The position numbers were made by a program, and so were the translations under genes. From contig JAHEZL010000001.1 of NCBI GenBank assembly GCA_023251095.1, positions 260,278 to 324,277 of the forward strand: a DNA stretch of 64,000 bases. Reading direction: 5' to 3'. This DNA is from Flavobacteriales bacterium (lineage in GTDB: Bacteria > Bacteroidota > Bacteroidia > Flavobacteriales_C > GCA-002722245). Numbering within the stretch: the first letter of the stretch is position 1; every line of letters begins with the position of its first letter. The notes below the pieces were generated by a model. That model saw nothing but the letters and a program-made list of their open reading frames with translations. It had not been told where the DNA came from and made no database searches. Shown piece by piece: positions 46,174 to 57,394 of the stretch.

Positions 46174-47454
46174 ATGGGCGAAATAAAACTAATTCTTCCT
46201 AAAATGGGCGAAAGCGTAGCAGAAGCTACTCTTACCTCATGGCTAAAAAAAGAAGGCGACCGCATTGAGCTGGACGAAGCCGTGGCTGAAATTGCTACGG
46301 ATAAAGTAGATTCCGAGATCCCCGCAACCCATCAGGGAATTCTGAAAAAGCAATTGTTTAAAGTAGGTGAGATAGTGAAAGTAGGACAAGCTTTTGCCAT
46401 TATTGAAATTGAAGGAGATGCCGACAGTGAATTCGATCAGCCCGAACCTCAAAAAACCGAAACAAAAAAACCGGATATAACCCCTCAGCCCAAAGTTGAA
46501 AAAGCTGCCGAACCTATTCATTTAGCAAAAGGCGATCGTTTTTATTCTCCTCTGGTGAGAAGCATCGCTCAAAAGGAAGGCATTTCAAAAGACCAACTCG
46601 ATAAGATTGAAGGATCAGGAAAAGAAGGTCGGGTGACAAAAGATGATATACTGGCTTACCTTGATGACAAAGGTTCATCAGTAAGCGTAAGTCCGACTTA
46701 CACCACTCCGGCTGAACCAAGCTACAAAGTAGTTTCTTCGGGCGAAGATGAAATCATTGAAATGGACCGCATGCGCAAGCTCATTGCTGAGCACATGGTG
46801 AAAAGCAAGCAGATTGCACCCCACGTCACTTCCTTTGTTGAAGTAGATGTTACAGCAATGGTATTGTGGCGCGACAAGGTGAAAAATGAATTTGAAAAAA
46901 GAGAAGGTTTTAAAATCACCTTCACTCCTATTTTTATTGAAGCTGTAGCCAAAGCTATCAAGGATTTCCCCATGGTTAATGTTCAGGTGGACGGCACAAA
47001 AATCATAAAAAAGAAAGCGATCAATATAGGTATGGCAACTGCATTGCCTTCGGGTAACCTGATTGTTCCGGTAATTAAAAATGCTGATCGATTGAATATC
47101 ACCGGATTGAGCGAAATGGTAAGCGATTTCAGCAAACGCGCCCGTGAAAACAAATTAAAACCCGACGAAATACAAGGTGGTACTTTTACCATCACCAATG
47201 TGGGTACTTTCGGCAATGTAATGGGCACTCCCATCATCAATCAGCCTCAGGTAGCCATACTTTCCACAGGAATAATTAAGAAAAAACCGGTGGTGATTGA
47301 ATCGCCGATGGGCGACAGTATTGGCATCCGACACATGATGTTTCTCTCGCTATCCTACGACCACCGTGTGGTTGACGGCATGCTAGGCGGAAGTTTTTTA
47401 AGAAAAGTTGGAGATTATTTGGAAAACTTTGATATTAACAGGGTTATATGGTAA
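46174..47454 (+). CDS. 2-oxoacid dehydrogenase E2 component (dihydrolipoamide acyltransferase)
   Basis: Has the lipoyl domain motif EIATDKVDSEIPA, a PSBD-like segment (SPLVRSIAQKEGI) and the catalytic SLSYDHRVVDG motif. Confidence 0.9.
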   Translation: MGEIKLILPKMGESVAEATLTSWLKKEGDRIELDEAVAEIATDKVDSEIPATHQGILKKQLFKVGEIVKVGQAFAIIEIEGDADSEFDQPEPQKTETKKPDITPQPKVEKAAEPIHLAKGDRFYSPLVRSIAQKEGISKDQLDKIEGSGKEGRVTKDDILAYLDDKGSSVSVSPTYTTPAEPSYKVVSSGEDEIIEMDRMRKLIAEHMVKSKQIAPHVTSFVEVDVTAMVLWRDKVKNEFEKREGFKITFTPIFIEAVAKAIKDFPMVNVQVDGTKIIKKKAINIGMATALPSGNLIVPVIKNADRLNITGLSEMVSDFSKRARENKLKPDEIQGGTFTITNVGTFGNVMGTPIINQPQVAILSTGIIKKKPVVIESPMGDSIGIRHMMFLSLSYDHRVVDGMLGGSFLRKVGDYLENFDINRVIW

Positions 47455-47530
47455 ATTAGCAACCTGTGATATTTTTTATCAACAAATGCATGGGCTTTAA
47501 ATAAAAATTATTTTTTTGCATAATAATTGA

Positions 47531-49630
47531 ATGAACCTAAGAAGGAAACTAAAAAAAACACTTATGAGAGTATTATTCGCACTTCTTCTGATACCGGCTT
47601 TATCGGTAACTGCACAAGTAACAAATGTGCAAACCGCTAAAACTGCTTTAGCAAATGATGCTGCTGTTAAAAAGGCGGATTTTGATTTCGACCACGAAGA
47701 CTACACATTGGCTTTAAGCGAATATCTTGAGATCTATAAAAAAGATTCTTTAAACGCCAACCTTCAGTTTAAAATCGGAGAATGTTATATGCATTCTGCC
47801 CGAGAAAAAGAAAAAGCAATCCCTTACCTGGAACTAGCTGTTCAAAAGGTAAATAAAAACTATAAAATCAAAACCAAAGAGAAAAGTGCACCGGTAACGG
47901 CTTACCTTCTTTTAGGAAATGCTTACCAAAAAAACTATCAGTTTGATTTGGCAAAAAGTATGTATGAATCTTATTTGAATGAAGTTCCTTCCGACAGTGT
48001 TGAATCTGACAGATTAATTGCTCAATGTGTTTATGCTAAAATTTTAATTGCCAACCCTGTTGATTTGATCGTTGGAAATATCAGCAACAAAGTAAACGGC
48101 AAATTCGCCGACTATGCTCCGGTAATGTCTGTTGATGAAAAAACACTCCTTTTTACTTCAAGAAGAGAAGGAAGTACAGGCGGAATGCAAAAAGATGAAA
48201 CCATGTACCGTGAAGATATTTACATGTGTACCAAAGGAAGCGACGGAGAATGGAGCGAACCGAAAAACATTGCAAATATCAACTCCGAATTCAACGAAGC
48301 TACAGTAGGCTTGTCCGTTGACGGACAACAAGTGTTATTCTATTCAGACAAAACAGTTGATGGTAACGGAGATATTTATATTTCTAAATTAAACGGCGAC
48401 GATTGGGGTACTCCAACAATACTCCCTTCTCCTATCAATACTAAATCTCAAGAACCTGATGCTTGTTTCAGTGCCGATGGTAACATCCTATACTTTGTGA
48501 GCGACAGAAAAGGCGGTTACGGTGGTTTCGATATCTATATGGTTAAAAAATTACCTAACGGCGAATGGAGCTTCCCTCAAAACTTAGGAGGAAAAATCAA
48601 TACTCCTTACAACGACAGAGCTCCTTTTATGCACCCTGACGGTGTAACTTTATTCTTTTGTTCCGAAGGACACAAAAGCATGGGAGGTTATGATATCTTT
48701 CAATCTATGCAGGATGAAAACGGAGCATGGACGGATGCTGAAAATATCGGATACCCTATCAACACTACCGATGACGACGTGTTCTACGGTACTTCAGCCG
48801 ACGGAAAACGTTCTTACTATTCTTCTTTCCGCGAAGACGGCTACGGCGAAAAAGACATTTACCTGATCACCCTTCCTAAAAAAGCTGAAACAGCTTTAAC
48901 TGTAATGGGTGGTGTTTTCCGATTGGAAGGTGCAAATGGAAAAATTCCTGAAAACGCGCAAATCGTTGTTACCGATAACGAAACAGGAGATATCGTTGGT
49001 ATTTACAAACCAAACTCCAAAACAGGGAAATACTTATTTGTATTGCCTGCCGGTAAAAATTACAACGTTACTTATGAAGCAGAAGGATACTTATTTAAAT
49101 CAGAAAACTTAATCGTTCCTGAAAAATCTGAATTCTCTACCATTCAAAGTGAAATTAAATTGTCTCCTATCGAAGCAGGACAAGCTATTATCCTGAACAA
49201 CATCTTCTTCGATTTCGACAAAGCGACTATCACTCCTGAATCTAAAACAGAGCTGGATAAACTCTTCCGTTTATTGGTAAACAACCCTTCAATGAAAGTT
49301 GAAATCCAAGGACATACCGACTCTAAAGGGAATGACGATTACAACAAACGCCTCTCTCAGGAAAGATCTGAATCTGTTGTGAAATTCCTTGTTGCTAAAG
49401 GAATCAACAAATCTCAGTTGAGCGCTAAAGGTTATGGTGAAACTAAACCTATCGCGAAAAACACCAACGACGATGGATCTGATAACCCTGAAGGAAGAAA
49501 ATTAAACAGAAGAACAGAAATGAAAATTTTGTCGACCGAAGGAAATGCAAACATCGTTAACGACATCTATGTTCCTGACAACTTAAAAGTTAAAGAGAAG
49601 GAAAAAACAAAAGGAAAAGCCAAACACTAA
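47531..49630 (+). CDS. OmpA-family protein with N-terminal TPR, PD40/TolB-like repeats and a CarboxypepD_reg-like domain
   Basis: Has a signal peptide and repeated S.R.GG.GG.DIY motifs. The C-terminal OmpA domain carries NNIFFDFDKATI, GHTDSKGNDDYNKRLSQERSESV and NRRTE. Confidence 0.85.
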   Translation: MNLRRKLKKTLMRVLFALLLIPALSVTAQVTNVQTAKTALANDAAVKKADFDFDHEDYTLALSEYLEIYKKDSLNANLQFKIGECYMHSAREKEKAIPYLELAVQKVNKNYKIKTKEKSAPVTAYLLLGNAYQKNYQFDLAKSMYESYLNEVPSDSVESDRLIAQCVYAKILIANPVDLIVGNISNKVNGKFADYAPVMSVDEKTLLFTSRREGSTGGMQKDETMYREDIYMCTKGSDGEWSEPKNIANINSEFNEATVGLSVDGQQVLFYSDKTVDGNGDIYISKLNGDDWGTPTILPSPINTKSQEPDACFSADGNILYFVSDRKGGYGGFDIYMVKKLPNGEWSFPQNLGGKINTPYNDRAPFMHPDGVTLFFCSEGHKSMGGYDIFQSMQDENGAWTDAENIGYPINTTDDDVFYGTSADGKRSYYSSFREDGYGEKDIYLITLPKKAETALTVMGGVFRLEGANGKIPENAQIVVTDNETGDIVGIYKPNSKTGKYLFVLPAGKNYNVTYEAEGYLFKSENLIVPEKSEFSTIQSEIKLSPIEAGQAIILNNIFFDFDKATITPESKTELDKLFRLLVNNPSMKVEIQGHTDSKGNDDYNKRLSQERSESVVKFLVAKGINKSQLSAKGYGETKPIAKNTNDDGSDNPEGRKLNRRTEMKILSTEGNANIVNDIYVPDNLKVKEKEKTKGKAKH

Positions 49631-49659
49631 AAGCTTCTCCACAGAACAAAATAAAAAAA

Positions 49660-49682
49660 GACCTCGAAAGGGGTCTTTTTTT
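49660..49682 (+). terminator. Intrinsic terminator after the OmpA-family gene
   Basis: Stem GACCTC pairs with GGGGTC (one G:U pair) around a GAAA loop, followed by a T7 run and preceded by an A7 run. Confidence 0.7.
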
Positions 49683-49863
49683 ATTTGTTTAAAATTTATG
49701 AAAATTATCTAGCTCTTATTTTTGGCAAGTTATATGTGATTGCTATCTTAACTGTGATTTAGTATGAACCGCTTTTTTTTAAGTTGAACACTACAATTTG
49801 AAAAAAAACAAATCCAGAAATGTTTTATTGAGTATCATAACTAATTACAAAAGGTTTTTATAA

Positions 49864-51603
49864 ATGAGAGTACTAATAATCATATTCACTTTTCTTGTTT
49901 TAAGCTCTTCTTCCTATTCACAAGACGGGGGCTTCCCTCCTCCTACAGGCGACATGGGATTGGTAAAACAATATATGAGCTATTTCATGTACGGTCCGGC
50001 ACTGGACGAATTAAAACTATTTTACAAGAAAAAGCCCGATGATGAAAAGGCCAATGAATTAATGGCCGAATGCTACTTAAATTTAAATGACGACAAAGCC
50101 AAAGCCATTCCCCACCTGGAATTTTTACTCAAAAAAGAAAAATACAACCCTTCTGTTCTTTTTGATTTGGGAGAAGCTTACCATGTTACCGGCCAACTAG
50201 ATAAAGCTCTTGAATACTACAATCGCTATAAAAAAGAAGGAAATCTGAAAGAAACCGAAGAAGTAGACAAAAGAATCGAATCAGTTCAAACGGCGAAGGA
50301 ATTAATGAAAATTCCATTGAACGTTACCTTCACCAATCTTGGAAAAGACATTAATAGCGAATACCCTGAACTCACTCCTTTTGTTAACGAACAGGAATCT
50401 GAAATCATTTTCACTTCCCGCAGAAAAGGAACCACCGGCAATGTAGTAAGCTTTGAAGGCTATGAGGCCGATGTTTTCATTTCCGAATTAAAAAGCAACG
50501 ACAAATGGAGCAAAGCCAAAAGCATCGGAGCAACAATAAACACAGTGGCTCCCGATGAAATGGCCAGTCTTTCTCCCGAAGGAAACTATCTGGTATATAC
50601 CACTTCGGATGAAATAGGAATGCAAATCATAAAAATATGCTACAAAGGTCCGAAAGGAAGAAGTTACGACAAACCCGAAACACCTAATGCGCCCATTAAT
50701 GATCCTAAAAGCAATCAATTGGCGGGAACGGTTTCCAACGACGGACAAATACTTATTTTTTCTTCCGACAGGGCTGGCGGTTACGGAGGTTATGATCTTT
50801 ACATTTCTCAAAAACTACCTATCGGCATCTGGGGACAACCCATCAACATGGGAAGTAAAATAAACACCAAATACGATGAAAACTTTCCTAATTTCGGTGT
50901 GGACCAAAACGTACTTTATTTTGCATCAACAGGCCACACCAACATGGGCGGATTTGATCTTTTCAAAACCGTATTTTCACAAGAAGCCCACGCATGGAAC
51001 AGTCCGAAAAACATGGGCTACCCCATTAACACCACCGACAATGACCTTACCATAAGCTTCAATAAATCGGGAAGAAATGCCTACCTCTCCAGAAACAGAA
51101 CCGGCGGCTGGGGAAATACAGATATCTATCAACTCACTTTTAAAGGTGTTGAACCCGACTATAGTGTAGTTGGTGTTCGCCTCAAAGCTTTTACCAAATA
51201 TGAAACGGAAATAAGAAAAGCCGATTCAATGATTCTTGTTCATACCAAAAACATAGATTCAGGAAAATTAGACCAGCTAAAAATCGACTCTTTAAAAACA
51301 CTCATCACAGGCTTAAAAACAAAAAAAGACGCTTTAAATCCCATGACAGGCAATATCATTACTGTTAAAGAAACCTCTAAAAACAAAGACATGGGAGAGT
51401 ATCAGCCCAATTTAAAAACAGGAAGATTTGTAATGATCCTCGAACCGGGCTCTTATGAAATAACCGTGGAAAGCGACAAATACAAACTCTCAAAAACAAA
51501 AATCAACGTCCTCGACAAAGCGAACTTTGTTGTAGAAAAAGACATCGATATTATTCTTCACAAAGGAGAGCTCGATGTTCCCACGACCACCACACCTCAT
51601 TAA
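49864..51603 (+). CDS. Paralogue of the preceding gene: TPR + PD40 repeats + CarboxypepD_reg-like domain, without an OmpA domain
   Basis: Has a signal peptide and motifs collinear with the 47531 gene (FTSRRKGTTGN, SSDRAGGYGGYDLY, GHTNMGGFDLF, GYPINTTDND). Confidence 0.75.
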   Translation: MRVLIIIFTFLVLSSSSYSQDGGFPPPTGDMGLVKQYMSYFMYGPALDELKLFYKKKPDDEKANELMAECYLNLNDDKAKAIPHLEFLLKKEKYNPSVLFDLGEAYHVTGQLDKALEYYNRYKKEGNLKETEEVDKRIESVQTAKELMKIPLNVTFTNLGKDINSEYPELTPFVNEQESEIIFTSRRKGTTGNVVSFEGYEADVFISELKSNDKWSKAKSIGATINTVAPDEMASLSPEGNYLVYTTSDEIGMQIIKICYKGPKGRSYDKPETPNAPINDPKSNQLAGTVSNDGQILIFSSDRAGGYGGYDLYISQKLPIGIWGQPINMGSKINTKYDENFPNFGVDQNVLYFASTGHTNMGGFDLFKTVFSQEAHAWNSPKNMGYPINTTDNDLTISFNKSGRNAYLSRNRTGGWGNTDIYQLTFKGVEPDYSVVGVRLKAFTKYETEIRKADSMILVHTKNIDSGKLDQLKIDSLKTLITGLKTKKDALNPMTGNIITVKETSKNKDMGEYQPNLKTGRFVMILEPGSYEITVESDKYKLSKTKINVLDKANFVVEKDIDIILHKGELDVPTTTTPH

Positions 51604-51621
51604 ATATTTTAGCAGCACTTC

Positions 51622-52440
51622 ATGAAATTAAACCTAACACGCCCCATTGCCTTTTTCGATTTAGAAACTACCGGAACAGACGTATCAAAAGACAGAATAG
51701 TAGAAATTTCCATTATCAAAATTCTTCCCAACGGCGACAGAGATGTAAAAACCCGAAGAATCAATCCCGGAATTCCCATTCCCGCTCAGGCCTCAGCAGT
51801 ACATGGTATTTATGATGAAGATGTGAAAGACGCTCCTTTGTTTAAAGCTGTAGCGAAAAGCATGGATGAGTTTATTAAAAATTGCGACCTCGGCGGATTC
51901 AATTCCGATAAATTCGATATACCACTTTTAGCAGAAGAATTTTTAAGAGCCGGTATTGACTTCGATCTGGAAGGTCGCGCTACAATTGATATCCAAAACA
52001 TCTTCCACAAGATGGAACAGCGAACTCTCTCTGCCGGATATAAATTTTATTGCGGTAAAAAAATTGAAAACGCACACAGCGCTCAGGCCGATACCGAAGC
52101 TACCATTGAAATTATGGAAGCTATGCTGGATCGTTACAAAGACATTGAAATTGAAGGTGCCGACAAAAAATTATATAAGCCCATCACCAACGATATTAAA
52201 GCCCTACAAACTTTTTCAAAACGCGATAAAAATGTGGATCTCGCAGGAAGGATTGTATTTAATGAGGACGGTGTGGAATGCTTCAACTTCGGCAAACACA
52301 AAGGTGTGCCGGTGGAACTGGTTTTATCTAAAGAACCTTCCTACTACGCATGGATGATGAATGGCGATTTTCCTTTGTACACCAAAAAAGCACTCGAAAA
52401 AATCAAACTCAAATTATTACAGAACAAATTGAATTCGTAA
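51622..52440 (+). CDS. DEDDh-type 3'-5' exonuclease (DnaQ/epsilon-like domain) with a C-terminal extension
   Basis: Has Exo I FFDLETTG, Exo II NSDKFDIPLL and Exo III HSAQADTEAT. Confidence 0.8.
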   Translation: MKLNLTRPIAFFDLETTGTDVSKDRIVEISIIKILPNGDRDVKTRRINPGIPIPAQASAVHGIYDEDVKDAPLFKAVAKSMDEFIKNCDLGGFNSDKFDIPLLAEEFLRAGIDFDLEGRATIDIQNIFHKMEQRTLSAGYKFYCGKKIENAHSAQADTEATIEIMEAMLDRYKDIEIEGADKKLYKPITNDIKALQTFSKRDKNVDLAGRIVFNEDGVECFNFGKHKGVPVELVLSKEPSYYAWMMNGDFPLYTKKALEKIKLKLLQNKLNS

Positions 52441-53054
52441 TGAAGATTATCTGTATCGGAAAAAACTACCTGAAACACGTCAAAGAATTTGATGGGAAAG
52501 TGCCAGAAGAACTGTGCTTCTTTATGAAACCGGATACCAGCTTATTAAAAAACAACGAGCCTTTTTACCATCCCGATTTCAGTAAAGACCTCCACCATGA
52601 AGTTGAAATTGTAGTGAAAATTGATAAAGTGGGCAAAAACATTCAGGAGAAATTCGCACACAAATATTACTCAGAAATCAGTGTAGGCATTGATTTTACA
52701 GCCCGCGATCTGCAAATGAAATTAAAGGCCAACGGCTTGCCCTGGGAAAAAGCAAAGGCTTTCGACAATGCAGCGCCTATTGCACCAACCTTTCTTCCCG
52801 TTTCAAATTTCAAGGATATACAAGACATCAATTTCCACCTCAACATCAACGGAAAAACAGTACAGCAAGGCAACACCGGCGATATGATTTTTAAAATAGA
52901 TGCCATCATTGCCGAAGTATCGCGCTATATCACATTGAAATCAGGTGACTTAATTTACACGGGAACACCCGAAGGCGTTGGCGCAGTGAAGATTGGGGAT
53001 CGACTGGAAGCCTTCATTGAAGATCAGCGTCTGCTCGACTTCGAAATAAAATAG
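52440..53054 (+). CDS. Fumarylacetoacetate hydrolase (FAH) family protein
   Basis: The internal ATG at 52440 overlaps the upstream TAA by 1 nt and gives MKIICIGKNYLKHVKEF. Has HHEVEIVV and GTPEGVG motifs. Confidence 0.85.
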   Translation: MKIICIGKNYLKHVKEFDGKVPEELCFFMKPDTSLLKNNEPFYHPDFSKDLHHEVEIVVKIDKVGKNIQEKFAHKYYSEISVGIDFTARDLQMKLKANGLPWEKAKAFDNAAPIAPTFLPVSNFKDIQDINFHLNINGKTVQQGNTGDMIFKIDAIIAEVSRYITLKSGDLIYTGTPEGVGAVKIGDRLEAFIEDQRLLDFEIK

Positions 53055-53154
53055 CTAATATTGCCTATAAAATACCCATCTGCCAAGGCTTCCAAAAAGA
53101 GATAAAGATGACATGGGTATACCATATGACCATTAAAAATCACATTGTTCACAT

Positions 53155-54363
<1,209 letters not shown>

Positions 54364-54713
54364 TCTCTTCTTACTTTTTCCTTGATGAAAAAGTAACAAA
54401 AAATCAATCGCCAAGATATGCTTCCACGCGCGTCGCGAAATTTTTTATCCGTCGGTGACGGAAAAATTTCGCTCCCGCCACCGCAGGCCCGCCTCTTGGC
54501 TCGGGCCTGCACACGAAGTTAGTAACCCATTTTCCGACAAACACTATGTGAAAATCCACTTCACACAGTGGGCCACTAACTTCGTGTGCAGGCCCGAGCC
54601 AAGAGGCGGGCGTGTGTGAGGTTTTTCGTGCGGGGCAGCTTCTCTTGGCTCTTGAATTTTTTGGATACTTTTTGTTTCAAGACAAAAAGTATCGATTTGC
54701 TTCTTTTAAAAGA
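54364..54713. repeat. About 350-bp GC-rich nested imperfect palindrome (MITE-like), flanked by the 12-nt direct repeat AGAAGAAGATAG
   Basis: The central arms are perfect 37-bp repeats at 54487-54523 and 54575-54611. There are further hairpins at 54374-54393, 54435-54472, 54542-54570 and 54664-54693. The outer arms are homologous in inverted orientation. The direct repeat lies at 54352-54363 and 54714-54725. Confidence 0.85.
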
Positions 54714-54739
54714 AGAAGAAGATAGAGTATCTTCGCTTC

Positions 54740-56134
54740 ATGGACGGACTCCGAAAACTATCAGCCAAAAACGATACCATCATTGCTCCTGCAACAGCTC
54801 CGGGCATTGGTGCAATTGCTGTTATCCGTGTATCCGGACAAGATGCCATCACCAAATGTGCTGAAGTTTTTCAATCTATTAAAAACAAAAAGAATTTAAA
54901 TAACGTTGCCTCACACACCGCGCATTTTGGAAATATAGTGGATGGCGAAAGAATCATCGACGAAGTATTGGTCACTGTTTTTAAAGCGCCTCACTCCTAC
55001 ACTTCCGAAAACACAGTGGAAATTTCCTGTCACGGCTCCCCTTATATCCAACAGGAAATCATCAAACTGTTTTTGAAAAAAGGTGTACGCATGGCCGAAG
55101 CCGGAGAATTTACACTGCGTGCATTTTACAATGGCAAACTGGATTTGTCGCAAGCCGAAGCCGTTGCCGACCTGATCCACTCTACTTCTGAAACAGAACA
55201 TCAACTGGCCATTCAGCAAATCCGCGGAGGATTTTCCAACGAAATAAAAAAACTGCGCGAAGAAATTATCCGCTTCGCTTCGCTCATAGAATTAGAATTG
55301 GATTTCAGTGAAGAAGACGTGGAGTTCGCCGACCGCAAGGATTTCATCGCATTGATCAGCAAAACAAAAGCTGCTATTCAACATCTGATAGATTCTTTTT
55401 CGGCAGGAAACGTCATTAAAAATGGCGTTCCTGTAGCCATTGTAGGAAAACCTAACGTTGGAAAATCAACTTTGCTCAATGCTTTATTGAATGAAGAAAG
55501 AGCCATTGTTTCAAGCATTGCAGGCACAACACGCGACACCATTGAAGACGAAATAAACATCAAAGGAATTAAATTCCGTTTCATCGATACCGCAGGAATC
55601 CGAGAAACCACGGACGAGATAGAAAGCATCGGTATTGAAAAAACTTTTGAGAAAATTGCTCAGGCCAGCATCGTTTTATATTTAGTAGATCCTTCTACTC
55701 CTGAAGATGAACTGGCTTCCATCCGCAAATCTTTCTCCGAAAAAAACAACAGTGACCGTCGCTCATTAATTTTTGTGTTCAATAAAACCGATATCACAAA
55801 ACCATCGGTAAACGAAAGCAACGACGTACTTTTTATTTCCGCAAAAGAAAAAACCGGAATTGAAAAAGTGAAAAATAAAATCCTCTCGCTGGTAAATTTA
55901 GGTCAGGTAAAAGTGGGCGACATCATCGTCTCCAACAGCCGACATTACGACGCCCTATCCCGCGCGCAAATAAGTTTGGATACAGTGCTTAAAAGCTTAA
56001 CTACAAAAATGCCAACCGATTTAATTGCGATTGACATTAGAACTGCCATGCATGAATTAGGAACGATCACAGGCGATGTATCTACGGACGACTTACTTGA
56101 GTCGATATTTCGAAACTTTTGCATCGGTAAATAA
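54740..56134 (+). CDS. mnmE: tRNA modification GTPase MnmE (TrmE)
   Basis: Has an N-terminal DTIIAPATAPGIGAIAVIRVSG, the G domain GKPNVGKSTLLNAL/DTAG/NKTD, and the C-terminal FCIGK. Confidence 0.95.
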   Translation: MDGLRKLSAKNDTIIAPATAPGIGAIAVIRVSGQDAITKCAEVFQSIKNKKNLNNVASHTAHFGNIVDGERIIDEVLVTVFKAPHSYTSENTVEISCHGSPYIQQEIIKLFLKKGVRMAEAGEFTLRAFYNGKLDLSQAEAVADLIHSTSETEHQLAIQQIRGGFSNEIKKLREEIIRFASLIELELDFSEEDVEFADRKDFIALISKTKAAIQHLIDSFSAGNVIKNGVPVAIVGKPNVGKSTLLNALLNEERAIVSSIAGTTRDTIEDEINIKGIKFRFIDTAGIRETTDEIESIGIEKTFEKIAQASIVLYLVDPSTPEDELASIRKSFSEKNNSDRRSLIFVFNKTDITKPSVNESNDVLFISAKEKTGIEKVKNKILSLVNLGQVKVGDIIVSNSRHYDALSRAQISLDTVLKSLTTKMPTDLIAIDIRTAMHELGTITGDVSTDDLLESIFRNFCIGK

Positions 56135-56149
56135 CTATTTGAAAAACCA

Positions 56150-56878
56150 ATGGCTAAACACTTAATTTTCTTTATTTTTCTTGCTTATTCTCACAACCTA
56201 ATTTCACAGGATTGGACACTACATTTAGATACCGCTTTTAACGAAAAGGGGCAGATTATTTCTATTACTGAACAAACAGGGATAATTTCCATTGACACCT
56301 TATATTTCGAAAAAGAAAATGGAGAATTTGGAACACAGATTAGAGAAAACAAATGTGAACATGGCACTTTTAAATACTATTTTGAAAATACGGGGACACT
56401 ACAAATTTTGGGACAAAAAAGATATGGTCACCGGGTTGGTACTTGGAGTTTTTTCGATAGCACCGGTGCATCAATAAGATCAATTGATTTCTCTAAGTGG
56501 AAAACAATAGACAATAATATTCACAGAGATACTCTATATGGATTTGATAAAATGTCACCAGTGGCTATTTATGATTTTTACCTTATACCAAAAAATTTAA
56601 ACGAAGGAATGGGCAGTGAGGAATTCATTTTTGAAGAAACATTAGATTGCCTTTTTGAAATTCCCTGGTCTATCATCAACGACACTATTTGTCGAAAAAA
56701 AATGCAGGGAGAATTAATATTATTTCATCCAAATGGACAAATCCGCGCCAAAGGAATGTTTATCGATTATAAAAAAGCAGGCAAATGGAACTTCTATAAG
56801 GAAGATGGAACTTTTGACCACATAAAGAATTACAAGAGAAAAAAATTATTAAAAGCACGCGGATCTGTTCTCAAATAA
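56150..56878 (+). CDS. Hypothetical secreted protein with MORN-variant-like repeats
   Basis: Has the signal-like N-terminus MAKHLIFFIFLAYSHNLISQ and the motifs HGTFKYYFENTG, GHRVGTWSFFDSTG and FHPNGQIRAKGMFIDYKKAGKWNFY. Confidence 0.55.
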   Translation: MAKHLIFFIFLAYSHNLISQDWTLHLDTAFNEKGQIISITEQTGIISIDTLYFEKENGEFGTQIRENKCEHGTFKYYFENTGTLQILGQKRYGHRVGTWSFFDSTGASIRSIDFSKWKTIDNNIHRDTLYGFDKMSPVAIYDFYLIPKNLNEGMGSEEFIFEETLDCLFEIPWSIINDTICRKKMQGELILFHPNGQIRAKGMFIDYKKAGKWNFYKEDGTFDHIKNYKRKKLLKARGSVLK

Positions 56879-56908
56879 TATCTCATCTGATTACACACTG
56901 AATGATTC

Positions 56909-56941
56909 AAAAAAAATCAGCCTGCAATAAATGCAGGCTGA
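56909..56941 (-). terminator. Intrinsic terminator for the 56951-57262 gene
   Basis: A 10-bp stem, TCAGCCTGCA (56917-56926) paired with TGCAGGCTGA (56932-56941). On the minus strand it is followed by a T8 run (56909-56916). Confidence 0.75.
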
Positions 56942-56950
56942 CCAAAATAT

Positions 56951-57262
56951 TTACGCTCTTGGATTTTCTTTCTCTTCATCCTCCACCGTGTCGGTTCCTT
57001 CATCTGTGGTGCTATCCTCTTCATCTGTAATTACTTCCTCATCTGTGATATCTTCGTCCCGCTCATCTTTTCCGCGGGATGATGGATTTACTCCAGAGGG
57101 AGTCTGACGAGGATCCTTACGCGTTTGCTCAACTTGTTTGTTGTCTTTCTGCGCCGTTGGATTGTTAGGATCGGTTTCTTTTTTTTGAGTACCAACTTGT
57201 GTGGTTTGTGGTGACCGGCTATCAGACTGCTGATTGCGTTGGTCTTTTTGGCTTTCTTCCAT
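56951..57262 (-). CDS. Small, highly charged, low-complexity (probably disordered) protein
   Basis: ATG start with its own terminator. 103 aa with no hydrophobic core. The N-terminal half is Q/K/T/P-rich and the C-terminal third is D/E/T-rich (ITDEEVITDEEDSTTDEGTD). Confidence 0.5.
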   Translation of the reverse strand: MEESQKDQRNQQSDSRSPQTTQVGTQKKETDPNNPTAQKDNKQVEQTRKDPRQTPSGVNPSSRGKDERDEDITDEEVITDEEDSTTDEGTDTVEDEEKENPRA

Positions 57263-57394
57263 TATTTTTAGTTTATTGATTTATCATTTCCTTAACCATT
57301 AAGGAATACAGTTATTCATATATAGTTGTACCAGCAACTTTCTGTAAATAAAAGGGAAATGATTTTCACGAAAAGAGAATATATGCGACAAGCC

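Noticed and set aside
53075-53120. 8-bp inverted repeat (ATACCCAT/ATGGGTAT) upstream of the DEAD-box helicase as a cold-shock-type 5' UTR structure
   Set aside because: The stem is short with a 30-nt loop, so it is statistically weak. No further conserved elements are visible, and the idea cannot be supported without comparative data.
54487-54611. Invertible promoter (inverton) or an SRP/other structured RNA gene
   Set aside because: The inverted repeats enclose only 51 nt with no promoter motif, and no recombinase is nearby. The GC-rich core superficially recalls SRP RNA but lacks the conserved GGAA/AGCA domain-IV motifs. A perfect 37-bp DNA palindrome is atypical for an RNA gene.
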